Origin: Deltaproteobacteria bacterium
GTDB taxonomy: Bacteria; Myxococcota_A; Polyangia; HGW-17
DNA length: 64,000 nt
Assembly (NCBI GenBank): GCA_027858615.1
Contig: JAQICJ010000286.1
Location: 1,926 to 65,925, forward strand
Reading direction: 5' to 3'
In this document: piece by piece, positions 1 through 10,400 of the stretch
How the letters are laid out: every line of letters begins with the position of its first letter
Numbering within the stretch: the stretch's first letter is position 1
Notes under the pieces: generated by a model
Told to the model about the DNA's origin: nothing
The model's input: only the letters and a program-made list of their open reading frames with translations
Database searches by the model: none
Position numbers and translations under genes: made by a program

Positions 1-2379
1 ACCTGTCTTTACAGCGTTGAAATTGGAGCTGGGCGTAAAAGAAAATCTTTCCGTGAATGTAAATTGGCTCTGTCCAAACTTTATTCAAGTGAAAATGAAA
101 ATGGACAAATAAATCCTGTGGGTATTCTCTCTCTAGTAGCAGAAGGGGATCCAGCCAGACATCCCCTTGCTTATCAAGGCAAAGAAAAACGAAAAGTTGT
201 AGACAAATGGTATGTATATAAAGATGGGGACAATTATGTTCAATATGGTAAAGACAAAAACCAGTCCTCCAACCGTTCCAAAAGTCAAAAACTGTGCCTG
301 GAAAATTTCAAAAAATACAGAAATAGTGAATATTTCAAATTTGTTACCTATCGCCGTTACAAATATCTGAGAAAAATACAGGGTTCAGATAAAATTGGAT
401 CCTTTGCTGACCATCTCGAAAAAGCCAAGATCGAACATAAGAAAAGAGTTGGTAATTACGGAGACGGTGCCTGCAAGATCTTTGTACTCAATGAAAAGGG
501 CGGCTGGGACAAACAAGACTCGGCTGTTGTTGAAAGAACAGCTCTTGAAGCTTTGCGCGGAATGGGAGCTGGAGATGATATAAAAAGAATCTTCCTCGAA
601 AATTACAGTTCTTATGCCATGGAAGCCTATTGGGATTTCACAGCCGAACAGTCCTGGGAAGCAGCCAAAGTAAGCTGTGAAAAAGAAGGCATGATGAGGA
701 TGTACATCAAAAAATTCTGTGTTCCTAAATATAACGATAAAATTGATGGTATCAAATCCCAGTGGAACAAACTCAAAGATTACAACTGGTTAGTGGATGC
801 TTCCAAAGAAGCTATGTACGGTTCCGGTTGGTACACAACTTCCACAAATGATGATTTAAGCAGAAGAATCAGAGACGAACTGGAAAAAAGACTTAAATGG
901 CTGCACGATCCAAGATCAACTGTTTTTGCCGCCAAATCTCTGGCCATGGTTCCTTACAAGAAAGATAGCTTTAAAAATATTCTCGATGTAGTTGTCGATC
1001 TGGAACATGATCCCGAAAACAAAGACGAAAAGGCTGTGTCTTTGGAACCTTGGCACATTGCAACCGAACTGCTCTGGGAACAATACCGACAACAAACTAT
1101 TCAAAATCTGCAAAAGGGTAATTTCGAAAAGAGATGTGCCACTTTAGGTGGAGAATTAAAAGACAAATGTCAGAAGAAATTTGGCAAAGCCTTCCAGAAA
1201 GTAATGGAAGTTTTCCAGATGTGGAGTTTCAACAGAGACAGATGGTTGCGTTCAAGATACATGTGGCTATTACCACTGCAGGATTATTTCGGTTATTGGC
1301 CCATTGATCCAAAAACAAAAAAACCTGTTCAGATGGATGCCAAAACACTTTATAAAGAATATGTAAAGTGGACCAAAAAATGTGAAGAAAAACGAAAAGC
1401 TTTCAGTAAAACCACTGAAGCTAAAAAGAAACCTAAAAATGAACCCATCTGTGATGGTTATGATAAATCTAAAGATTGGGGTTGGAACATCAAGGCTTCT
1501 CAAGCAGCCAAGGGTATGAGCAAAGCCGGTATTTCAGCCAAAGAGGCAGAAAAACGACTTGTTCTCACTGGTTACGAAAGAGTTAGACTTGATATTCTCA
1601 AGTCAGCCTTTGATTATGCTTCTATTGAAGATTTCAAAACTCTCATGAGCATAAAACCAGAGCATATCATGATCGATCCAGGTCTCCATCCTCTAGACAA
1701 GGTTGATCGTGACAAATTGTCCGAAGCAGCAAAAGTTGATTACGAACTCATGGTGCAAAGGCCATGGGACAAAAAAATGGAAAAATATAGACAAATAGTT
1801 GCCAAAAAAGTTATCAAGTCAGAATTGGATAAATTGCTTGAACCAATCCATGACTTGAAATCTTTTTCCAAAGCTTATCTTGGCAGTGAAGCTCCCATTA
1901 ACAATATTTCAGCTCTGAGAACCATTATTCAGACCGTATCAATTCAAAAGCCATGTCCCGAAAAGGATAAAGATGGTAAAGTTCCCTCTTGTGCAGTTTT
2001 TGAAGATAAATACAACGAAAAAACTGAAGAATGGACGCAAATCCGCAAACCTTCAAGACAGACAATTGTTACTCCCTGGAGAGCCCGTCACAAGGCACTT
2101 ATGTTGATTAATGCCTGGGATAAAAACATCAACGAAGGTGACCGTAAAAATCTCGTTCAGACTTTGGCCACAACCTACGAAAAATCCGAAGTTCCTGTAA
2201 GAGAAGCAATTTTGCTGGTTCTCGACCGCTGGAGTAACTCCTCAGATTATAAAGACGTAGCTGAACCAATTAAAAAAGTTGTTAAATTTGAAACTGATAA
2301 CCATCGTAGAGGTGGTTATTTCTGGATGAATCAAAGAGCTCTCTCCTTCCTCGGAAGACTCAAAGGTAAACAAAAATAA
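1..2379 (+). CDS. large lysine-rich hypothetical protein, 5'-partial (reading frame open to window start; track start at 64 is only the first TTG)
   Basis: Frame 1 has no stop from nt 1 to 2379. No recognisable motif was found by eye. Composition is K/E/D-rich. Confidence 0.55.
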   Translation, partial: TCLYSVEIGAGRKRKSFRECKLALSKLYSSENENGQINPVGILSLVAEGDPARHPLAYQGKEKRKVVDKWYVYKDGDNYVQYGKDKNQSSNRSKSQKLCLENFKKYRNSEYFKFVTYRRYKYLRKIQGSDKIGSFADHLEKAKIEHKKRVGNYGDGACKIFVLNEKGGWDKQDSAVVERTALEALRGMGAGDDIKRIFLENYSSYAMEAYWDFTAEQSWEAAKVSCEKEGMMRMYIKKFCVPKYNDKIDGIKSQWNKLKDYNWLVDASKEAMYGSGWYTTSTNDDLSRRIRDELEKRLKWLHDPRSTVFAAKSLAMVPYKKDSFKNILDVVVDLEHDPENKDEKAVSLEPWHIATELLWEQYRQQTIQNLQKGNFEKRCATLGGELKDKCQKKFGKAFQKVMEVFQMWSFNRDRWLRSRYMWLLPLQDYFGYWPIDPKTKKPVQMDAKTLYKEYVKWTKKCEEKRKAFSKTTEAKKKPKNEPICDGYDKSKDWGWNIKASQAAKGMSKAGISAKEAEKRLVLTGYERVRLDILKSAFDYASIEDFKTLMSIKPEHIMIDPGLHPLDKVDRDKLSEAAKVDYELMVQRPWDKKMEKYRQIVAKKVIKSELDKLLEPIHDLKSFSKAYLGSEAPINNISALRTIIQTVSIQKPCPEKDKDGKVPSCAVFEDKYNEKTEEWTQIRKPSRQTIVTPWRARHKALMLINAWDKNINEGDRKNLVQTLATTYEKSEVPVREAILLVLDRWSNSSDYKDVAEPIKKVVKFETDNHRRGGYFWMNQRALSFLGRLKGKQK

Positions 2380-2613
2380 TTTAAATCCAGGAGTTTTACT
2401 GAAGTATCGACATTATTTGCCCTTAGATTCACTTGAGTCAAGTACTGTTCTAATTCAAAAATGGGTTAAGTTACAGTTCAGGCAGCAATATTGTCGTAAG
2501 GTGATGTAAATATTCTGGTCACAACCTCGGATGGCTTTTCAAGCAGTCTGTATTTGTAAAGAACACAAAATATCTATATTGAAAAGCACTCGAAGGGGAA
2601 TGTTCTGGATAAT

Positions 2614-4536
2614 ATGATCAAGTTCCAAATAATCGAGGGCGAACAAAGTGGTGAATGTTTTGAGAGCGATGAAGCTGTATTTACTATAGGTAGAATTGAC
2701 AATAATGATTTTTCATTAAGTGATTATCACATCAGTAGTGAACATGCTCAGGTATTTTGGGAAGACAATCAATACATCTTTAAAGATTTGAGATCCACAA
2801 ACGGTTCGGTGATAAAAAGGGGAGAGGATCTGTTTACTGTGAATGGAGCCCATCATTGGGAACTACCTTTGCAGCAAGGAGACAGACTGCTGTTGGGAGC
2901 ACCTCATTCTCCAGTAATTATAGAATGCAAAAAAGTTGCCAGCCCTTCTTTTGTTGATGAATCCGATAAAAAAACAAAAGTGGTTCTGGCACGAGATAAA
3001 AGCCAATTGGAGACCTTCCAGGAAAAAGCACTGGATGACCATAATCTTGCTAGAATCATGTACAGAATGGTACAGACAATTGGTAAAAGTGGACTCAGGT
3101 TGTCAGATGTTCTGGACAATGTTGCCAAAGCTGTTTTTGAATTGATCAAATTATCTACCAATGTTTCCATTTATTTAAAAAACAGATCAAATCGATTCAA
3201 ATTAAAATATTCCTGTTCCAGGCAGGGCAAAGAACAGTCCAATGGGTCAAGATCTGTTATCAGACTTGTATTAAAGCGTAAACAAGCCGTTGTTGTAGCT
3301 GATGCTCCAGAAGTTCTTTCCGATTCAGAATCAATTCTGGCGGCTGATATCAAGTCGGTTATCGCTGTTCCTTTCTGGCACAAAGGAAAAATCAGCGGGA
3401 TTTTGCAATGTGATAACCGGGGTAGTAATGGAATTTTTTCCGAAAAAGAGCTGGAGTATCTTACTCTGCTCAGTTATCAGGCGAATCTTGCAATTCAAAA
3501 TGCCCGTTATTTTGGACAGTTGGAACAAAAAGAAAAACAAGTAGAATCAGAGAATTACTACCTCAAAAAAAACCGGAATATTTTCACTTTCAACGATATC
3601 ATCGGTGAATCAGATGAAATGCATAAAATATTCGAACAATTGAAGAAAGTTCTGGACACCAGAGTTTCCATCCACATCTGGGGAGAAACAGGGACCGGAA
3701 AAGAATTGATTGCCTCTTCCATTCATTATCAGAGCAAGAGAAAAGACAAAATGTTCGTAGCTCAGAATTGTGCTGCTTTACCGGAAAATTTGCTGGAAAG
3801 CGAATTATTTGGTCATGAAAAAGGCTCTTTTACCGGAGCTGACCGTAAAAAGAAGGGATTGTTCGAAATTTCAGATGGAGGAACCCTGTTCCTTGATGAA
3901 ATAGCTGATATGTCACCCTCATTACAGGTTAAGCTTTTGAGAGTGCTTCAGGAGGGTGAAATAAGACCTGTTGGTTCCACTCAAGTAAAATATGTTGATG
4001 TTCGTATTATTTCAGCTACCCATAAAAATCTGGAAAAAGAAGTGGAAAATAATAATTTTAGAGAAGATCTTTTTTACAGGCTTCATGTTTTCCCCATTAA
4101 ATTACCGCCTTTAAGAGACAGGCAGGGAGATATAGAAATTCTGACCCGGCATTTTCTGGAAAAATTCAATCGAGAATTGAAAAAAGATGTTTCCATCTCA
4201 AAATGTGCTCTGGAAGAAATGAAGGGTTATAAATGGAAAGGAAATATCCGAGAGTTGGAAAATGAAGTCCAGCGTCTGGTTATATTGGCTGATTCCGAAG
4301 ATACTATCAAAACTGATAATCTCAGAGCTCATCAACGCAAGCAGACTTCGGTAATGGGTCGGAAGATGTATGATAAATCAAAAACCCTCAAGGAGTTGGT
4401 TGGGGAAGTTGAAAAAATAATTATCAGGCAAGCCATCAAAGACTCTGGTGGTAATAAAACAAACGCCGCCAAAAATCTGGGAATTACCAGAGAAGGATTA
4501 TACAAGAAGATCTCACGCTTCAACATGGAGTTATAG
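2614..4536 (+). CDS. sigma-54-dependent transcriptional activator with N-terminal FHA domain, central GAF-like domain, AAA+ sigma54-interaction domain and C-terminal Fis-type HTH
   Basis: FHA-like N-terminus (FTIGR..NDFSLSDYHISSEHAQVF...STNGS). Walker A GETGTGKE, ESELFGHEKGSFTGA (GAFTGA-type) motif, and C-terminal NAAKNLGITREGLYKKI helix-turn-helix. Confidence 0.85.
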   Translation: MIKFQIIEGEQSGECFESDEAVFTIGRIDNNDFSLSDYHISSEHAQVFWEDNQYIFKDLRSTNGSVIKRGEDLFTVNGAHHWELPLQQGDRLLLGAPHSPVIIECKKVASPSFVDESDKKTKVVLARDKSQLETFQEKALDDHNLARIMYRMVQTIGKSGLRLSDVLDNVAKAVFELIKLSTNVSIYLKNRSNRFKLKYSCSRQGKEQSNGSRSVIRLVLKRKQAVVVADAPEVLSDSESILAADIKSVIAVPFWHKGKISGILQCDNRGSNGIFSEKELEYLTLLSYQANLAIQNARYFGQLEQKEKQVESENYYLKKNRNIFTFNDIIGESDEMHKIFEQLKKVLDTRVSIHIWGETGTGKELIASSIHYQSKRKDKMFVAQNCAALPENLLESELFGHEKGSFTGADRKKKGLFEISDGGTLFLDEIADMSPSLQVKLLRVLQEGEIRPVGSTQVKYVDVRIISATHKNLEKEVENNNFREDLFYRLHVFPIKLPPLRDRQGDIEILTRHFLEKFNRELKKDVSISKCALEEMKGYKWKGNIRELENEVQRLVILADSEDTIKTDNLRAHQRKQTSVMGRKMYDKSKTLKELVGEVEKIIIRQAIKDSGGNKTNAAKNLGITREGLYKKISRFNMEL

Positions 4537-5553
4537 ATTTTTGAAAATTCCTGGGATTTTTGTCTGACAGAAGTTGCATCTGCCCTGATCGTCAATATTC
4601 AATTCGGGAACTGCATAACCGTTACGTTCAATTATAGTTTTATGACAGGAGGGACAAAGAGTGTTTTCGCTGTTTTCAAGCTTGATATTACCCGTATAGA
4701 CAAAGTTAAGACCTTGTTCTCTGGCAATATTGACTGCTTCAATCATTTTTTCAACAGGAGTGGCAGGGCGATGATATTTGTAAACAGGAAAATATCTGCT
4801 GAAATGGATGGGAATATTGGGAGAGAGAGAAGCAACAAAGGAACTAAGATCTTTTAATTGGGCAGAGTCATCGTTGATACCGGGAACAATGAGAGTGGTA
4901 ATTTCGACCCAGACTCCGTTATTATGCAGAAGCTCAATGGTTCTGGCTGCATGTTTATAACTCAAGCCGGTGTATTTAGAGGTTAATTTGCTGTCAAAAC
5001 CTTTGAGATCGATATTGGCTGCATCGAGAAAAGGAATAAGTTCCTGCAGTGGTTCAGGGTTGATAGCACCATTGCTCACCCAGATGTTCATTATCTCGTT
5101 TTTTTTGGCTAATTTTGCAATCGCAAGGCTATACTCGTAAAAAACAGTGGGTTCGGTATAGGTGGCTGCAATCATTGGCAGGGAGTTTTTACGAGCTTTT
5201 GCGACTATTGCAGCAGGTTCCGCGCTGGCACCCGGAAGAGGTCTGATTGAATGCTGTCGGGGCCATTGAGCGATATCTGAATTTTGACACCAGTGGCAGC
5301 TAAGATTGCAGCCGCTGGTGGCAAAAGAAAGAATGCTCTGTCCGGGCAGGACGTGGTAAAGGGGCTTTTTTTCTATGGGATCAGAGCCCATAGAAAGGAG
5401 GCGACCCCATGTTTGGGTGTATAATTTGCCCATAATGTTTTTGCGTACTTTGCACAGACCGTATTCATCTGGTTTGATAATACAATTGAAGGGACAAAGT
5501 TCGCATTTTACTATGTTTTTATTGAGTTCAGAAAAGTATTTTGCCAGTTTCAT
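4531..5553 (-). CDS. radical SAM enzyme, AmmeMemoRadiSam-system type (PflA-like activase superfamily), paralog 1
   Basis: N-terminal Cys cluster CELCPFNC...GLC, then DPIEKKPLYHVLPGQS and GCNLSCHWCQN (CxxxCxxC) radical SAM motif. The start overlaps the plsB stop by 26 nt. Confidence 0.75.
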   Translation of the reverse strand: MKLAKYFSELNKNIVKCELCPFNCIIKPDEYGLCKVRKNIMGKLYTQTWGRLLSMGSDPIEKKPLYHVLPGQSILSFATSGCNLSCHWCQNSDIAQWPRQHSIRPLPGASAEPAAIVAKARKNSLPMIAATYTEPTVFYEYSLAIAKLAKKNEIMNIWVSNGAINPEPLQELIPFLDAANIDLKGFDSKLTSKYTGLSYKHAARTIELLHNNGVWVEITTLIVPGINDDSAQLKDLSSFVASLSPNIPIHFSRYFPVYKYHRPATPVEKMIEAVNIAREQGLNFVYTGNIKLENSENTLCPSCHKTIIERNGYAVPELNIDDQGRCNFCQTKIPGIFKNL

Positions 5554-8047
5554 TTTTTTTGATCATTTTATGTTGTAGATGGTAGTTATGGAGAAATTTC
5601 TCCCTGTTCCTGATAAAATCATCAATTTCATCAGCAAAATTGAGGGTAGTTATTTTTTTAGCGGAAGATATTTTCAATAAATCGTTGTCGATCATGAGAT
5701 TAATGGTTTCGATAAAAATGGATTTATTAAAGGATTCAAAGCGGAAATGACGATTTTCAAGGATGTTGAAAGCATTTTTCTGGATGGCTTTAACCAGTTC
5801 CTTTTTTGCTGCTTCCTTGTTTTTATTGAAATACTTTCTGAGACAGAAAGCAGTAAGCAGTTGTCCTTCCAGAAATTCCAGGATCAAACTGGAAAGATTA
5901 GCCAACTCAAACTTGGAAAATTGGGTAAGAAAATTAAATTCTTCTGGAAAAGATGCATAATCTCCATCTGTCAGATAAGGAAATTCTCTTCTCAAGCATG
6001 TGCGCAGTAATTGATAATCGCTTTCCAGATTTTCATTTTCTGCGATAATTGCTGCTGCAGCTATTGCAGGTTTGATAACTGTTTGCAAAAAACCGTTCTT
6101 GTAATATGAAAGTTTAACCCTTTTATCTGACTCAACCTGGATTCTGTCTCCATCTTTTTTGATGATATTATTGAAACCCTTGAGGGAACGTCTGAATCTG
6201 CGCAGAAGTTGATTTTGATTTTTGATGGTTTTAGCCAAAATCAGGTTTCTGGCGGCAGCAATTTTATGAAAAGATTGGTAAATGGAAAAAATATCATAGG
6301 AATTGAAGGTATTTGAACTGGAAGACAAAAGAGCTGCACCGGTAAGCATACTGCTGGTGATGGTGGTATTTTGCACAATATTATGAGTAATTTTCAAAGA
6401 GAGTTGATGGATTTTTTCTTTGAATTCAGAGGAAGCTGGATCTATATTGCCGAGATAGTTTTTCATATCAAAGGGCTGTGCTACCCTGATGTGAACTCTG
6501 CCGTATCTGTTTAACAAAACACTGGCTGATTTCAATACCTGAAAAAAATCTTCACTCTTTTTTTCCTTGCCAAAATTTTCAATTTGATAACTGTCTTCTT
6601 CAATTACTTTTTCATAGCCTATGGTGATGGGAACAATCTGGGGAGAAGGCAGAGGCCTTTGCAGTAAAAGTTTGCCAATCATAGACAGAAGTCCGAATTT
6701 GGGATAAACAGCTTTTCCGGTTCTGGATCTGGTTCCTTCAATGAAAAATTCAATATTGACTCCCAATTTTAACAACTCGGTTATGTATTCAAGCAGAACT
6801 TGTTTGTAAAGTTTTTTGCCTTTGAAGGAACGTCTGATGAAAAAAGCTCCTCCCATCCTGAAGATTGCGCCCATAGGGAAGAAGGAAAGATTCTGTCCCG
6901 CAGCTATGTGGGGAATGGGCAGATGGTATTTATCCATCAACCAGGAAATCAACAGATAATCCACATGACTGCGGTGGCAGGGAATAAGAATAAGGGGACC
7001 TCTGGTGGAATATTCCCGCATTTTTTCAAAACCTTTATCATCAAGTTCAAAACCTTTGAAAATACGGTGCCAGATAAACGTAAGGGCGTATTTGTAAAAA
7101 GCCAGAGTAGTTTTGGTGGGAGCAGCCGGGATTTCACGGATGGCACTTTGTATCTCTTTGAGAGCTTTTTCGGGATCTGTACCTTCGTCAATGGTTTGGA
7201 AATATAATTTGGTTATATTTTCATTTTTATTGAGATTATGCTGAATTTTGCCTAGAGAAGGCAATTTGGGACCCAGGGTCAATTTCCATTCTTTTTCGAT
7301 AGCCTCAACCAGAAGATCGTAGAGATGATCAGCTTTGTCAGCAAAATTTTGATTGGTGTTTCCCAAAATGAAACTGCTGATATTTAAAGGAGGGGCAATT
7401 CTGATCATGGGTTGGAAAAGGGAAGAAAAAACCTGCAAGACTCCTCTGATATTTGTAGGTTTTTCCTGCTGACCAATATATTTATCCACGAATTCTTTGA
7501 AAGCATTGCTGTTTCGGGTTCCACTACGATCCCACACCGGAATGACCGGCAGGGCGACGATTTCTTTTTGTGGGGCATTTTTGTTGAGGCTGGAGATAAG
7601 GTTGAGTAAAACTTCATCTCCAGTTTTTTTCTGTTCGGGTTCAAAGATGTTTTTAATGGTGTAAAGACTTATCAGCGCAGGTTTTCCAGCAAGCAGATCA
7701 TCGCTGATCAATTTTAATTGATGTTCCTTATCGAATTTAAAAAGATGCTTGCCCAGGAACGCCCCCATTTTTTTTAAAGGATTAAGAAAGAACGGGTTTT
7801 CCGGGAAAATATGATCAGGCAGTGGTAGTTTTTCGTTCACCAGGATCTGTCTGAAAAGAGAATAATCCACCAGATTTTTAGTTCCAAAAACATAAAGAAC
7901 AGTGAAATTATCATTAATTTCTTTGAGTTTTTTAAGATCTTTATCTTTAAGATCAACTCGTTCATAGAGGGGAGAAAGAATAGTTTTTTGAATTTCTCTA
8001 TTGCTTTTTGCAAAATTTTTTAAAAATGAATTTAGTAATTTTTCCAT
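5528..8047 (-). CDS. plsB: glycerol-3-phosphate acyltransferase PlsB
   Basis: About 840 aa with the HxxxxD acyltransferase block CHRSHVDYLLISW, GGAFFIRRSFKG and FIEGTRSRTGK, as in E. coli PlsB. Confidence 0.85.
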   Translation of the reverse strand: MEKLLNSFLKNFAKSNREIQKTILSPLYERVDLKDKDLKKLKEINDNFTVLYVFGTKNLVDYSLFRQILVNEKLPLPDHIFPENPFFLNPLKKMGAFLGKHLFKFDKEHQLKLISDDLLAGKPALISLYTIKNIFEPEQKKTGDEVLLNLISSLNKNAPQKEIVALPVIPVWDRSGTRNSNAFKEFVDKYIGQQEKPTNIRGVLQVFSSLFQPMIRIAPPLNISSFILGNTNQNFADKADHLYDLLVEAIEKEWKLTLGPKLPSLGKIQHNLNKNENITKLYFQTIDEGTDPEKALKEIQSAIREIPAAPTKTTLAFYKYALTFIWHRIFKGFELDDKGFEKMREYSTRGPLILIPCHRSHVDYLLISWLMDKYHLPIPHIAAGQNLSFFPMGAIFRMGGAFFIRRSFKGKKLYKQVLLEYITELLKLGVNIEFFIEGTRSRTGKAVYPKFGLLSMIGKLLLQRPLPSPQIVPITIGYEKVIEEDSYQIENFGKEKKSEDFFQVLKSASVLLNRYGRVHIRVAQPFDMKNYLGNIDPASSEFKEKIHQLSLKITHNIVQNTTITSSMLTGAALLSSSSNTFNSYDIFSIYQSFHKIAAARNLILAKTIKNQNQLLRRFRRSLKGFNNIIKKDGDRIQVESDKRVKLSYYKNGFLQTVIKPAIAAAAIIAENENLESDYQLLRTCLRREFPYLTDGDYASFPEEFNFLTQFSKFELANLSSLILEFLEGQLLTAFCLRKYFNKNKEAAKKELVKAIQKNAFNILENRHFRFESFNKSIFIETINLMIDNDLLKISSAKKITTLNFADEIDDFIRNREKFLHNYHLQHKMIKKNETGKILF

Positions 8048-8291
8048 TTGAAATCAGTCTATTCATGCCGTAACGGTATTGGTTAGTGAGTAGGTTAAGG
8101 TAGAACCCTTGATAAAAACATAAAGTAAATACAATACACCTGCTATAAAATACTAAAAGTAGCAGATCTCAAATATTAGTCAAAAGAGTATTTTCTGACG
8201 ATTGCCAGTTCAAACAGATATTCAAGCTCTGAAATGGGGTTGAACCGGATTCCCTCTGATTAATCAATTCGTTTGTGGATAGAAAAGTGGG

Positions 8292-10400
8292 TTAAACAGC
8301 TCTGGTGATTTCGTCTTCACTTGCATCGAAAGCTTGTTTGCGGGAAAGTCGGATTCGACCTCTTTTGTCAATATCTACTACTTTAATGATGACTCGATCA
8401 TTGATATTGACAACATCGGTGATGTTGTCGATGTGACGGTCTTCAATTTCGCTGATATGAATAAGTCCGTCGGTGTTGGGAAGGAATTGGACAATAGCAC
8501 CAAAATTTTCGAGAATCTTTTTGACATAGCCTTCGTAATATTTGTCAATTTCAGGTTCCATGACAATGTTTTTAATCATTTGTCTGGCTCTGAGAGCTCC
8601 TTCATTGGTATCGGCAGCAATCAAAACTTTGCCGGAATCTTCAATATCAATTTTTGCTCCGGTTTCTTCCTGAATTCCTTTGATTGTTTTTCCTCCGGCT
8701 CCAATGATGGCACCGATTTTACTGGGCTTGATTGTGATTGATTTAACACTGGGAGCATGATCGGGAAGTTCTTCCCTGGGCTCTTCAATAGTTTCTTTCA
8801 TGATACCAAGAATGTGAAGACGACCTTCTCGAGCCTGATACAGAGCTTTTTTCATGGTTTCCTGATCGAGTCCTTCAATTTTGATATCCATCTGGATGGC
8901 TGTGATACCTTCTTCGGTTCCTGCTACTTTGAAGTCCATATCACCCATATGGTCTTCATCACCGAGAATGTCAGAAAGAATAGCCACATTGTCATCTTCT
9001 TTAATGAGTCCCATGGCGATTCCGGCTACTGGAGCCTTTGTGGGAACACCGCAGGCCATCAGGGAGAGAGAAGCTCCGCAGATAGTTGCCATGGAAGAAG
9101 AACCGTTGGATTCGGTTATTTCGGAAACTACTCTGATAACTGAGGGGAAATCATCTTCGGAAGGAAGTATTTTGCCTACTGCTCTATGAGCCAAGTGGCC
9201 GTGTCCAATTTCACGGCGAGATGGTCCTCGCAGAAATTTTGCTTCTCCAACTGAATAGGGTGGAAAATCATAATGAAGCATGAATTTGCGAAATTCTTCC
9301 CCGGTGATCAGATCCAGTTTTTGATTGTCCATACCGAAACCAAGGGTTGTAGTGACTATAGCCTGGGTTTCACCTCTGGTGAAAAGAGCACTTCCATGGG
9401 CTCTGGGAAGGATATCAATTTCGCAGGTGATGGGACGTATTTCATCACGTTCACGATTGTCAATGCGGTGATTGTCGTTGAGAATCCAGTTGCGAACGAT
9501 TTGGGATTTCAATTCTCCCATTGCTTCCATGACTTCGTTTTTACGTTCTTCGTAATCGGGACCGAGGTTTTCCATTGCCAGATCTTTTACTCGATCTATA
9601 GCTGCATAACGTTCAAGTTTGTCGGAAATATTGAGAGCGGCTTCAAGGGGTTCTCTGACAGCTTCAGATACCAGTTTAGCCAGCTCTTCATCTTTTTCTA
9701 CAACTGGAGCAGGGCGTTTTTTCTTACCTACGGTGTCAGCCAGTTTTTTTTGCATTTCCAAAATAGGTTGGACTTTCTGGAAACCGAAATCAAGAGCATC
9801 AAGCAGGATGTCTTCATCAAGGTTGTCAAGTTCGCCTTCAACCATAACGATGGCATTGTCTGAAGCTACAATATTGAGATCTAGATCAGATTCTTCGAGT
9901 TCCTGGAGGGTTGGGAATTGAATGAATTCGCCGTCAATGCGGGCAATCTGAATACCTGCTATTGGTCCGTTCCAGGGAATATCGCTGATGCAAAGTGCAA
10001 CGCTGGCTCCAATTTGTGCCAGAGGAGGTGTGGGATTGGTTTTGTCGTGGGAAAGCACTGTTGTGATAACCTGGGTGTTAAAACTCCAGCCTTCAGGGAA
10101 AAGGGGTCTTATAGGTCGATCAATCAAACGGGAAGCAAGGATTTCTTTTTCTCCAAGTCTTCCTTCGCGGCGAAAAAAGTTGCCGGGAATTTTGCCCGCT
10201 GCGTAATCTTTTTCTACATAATCCACAGTTAAAGGAAGGAAAGTTGCATTTTCCTTGGGTTTTTTTGAGGCCACAACTGTGCATAGAAGCAAAGAATCGC
10301 CGTATTTAATGGTAACAGAACCGTCAGCCTGTTTGGCAATTTTTCCAGTTTCGATAGTTAATTTTTTGTCGTTGATAATTATTGATTCTTTAATGTGCAT
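8292..10400 (-). CDS. pnp: polynucleotide phosphorylase/polyadenylase
   Basis: Two RNase PH-like domains with KH and S1 C-terminal domains. The 702 aa length and N-terminus are typical for PNPase. Confidence 0.95.
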   Translation of the reverse strand: MHIKESIIINDKKLTIETGKIAKQADGSVTIKYGDSLLLCTVVASKKPKENATFLPLTVDYVEKDYAAGKIPGNFFRREGRLGEKEILASRLIDRPIRPLFPEGWSFNTQVITTVLSHDKTNPTPPLAQIGASVALCISDIPWNGPIAGIQIARIDGEFIQFPTLQELEESDLDLNIVASDNAIVMVEGELDNLDEDILLDALDFGFQKVQPILEMQKKLADTVGKKKRPAPVVEKDEELAKLVSEAVREPLEAALNISDKLERYAAIDRVKDLAMENLGPDYEERKNEVMEAMGELKSQIVRNWILNDNHRIDNRERDEIRPITCEIDILPRAHGSALFTRGETQAIVTTTLGFGMDNQKLDLITGEEFRKFMLHYDFPPYSVGEAKFLRGPSRREIGHGHLAHRAVGKILPSEDDFPSVIRVVSEITESNGSSSMATICGASLSLMACGVPTKAPVAGIAMGLIKEDDNVAILSDILGDEDHMGDMDFKVAGTEEGITAIQMDIKIEGLDQETMKKALYQAREGRLHILGIMKETIEEPREELPDHAPSVKSITIKPSKIGAIIGAGGKTIKGIQEETGAKIDIEDSGKVLIAADTNEGALRARQMIKNIVMEPEIDKYYEGYVKKILENFGAIVQFLPNTDGLIHISEIEDRHIDNITDVVNINDRVIIKVVDIDKRGRIRLSRKQAFDASEDEITRAV

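Noticed and set aside
8334-10232. Multiple plus-strand ORFs (100-196 aa) inside pnp
   Set aside because: They are antisense to the highly conserved PNPase coding sequence and encode low-complexity products.
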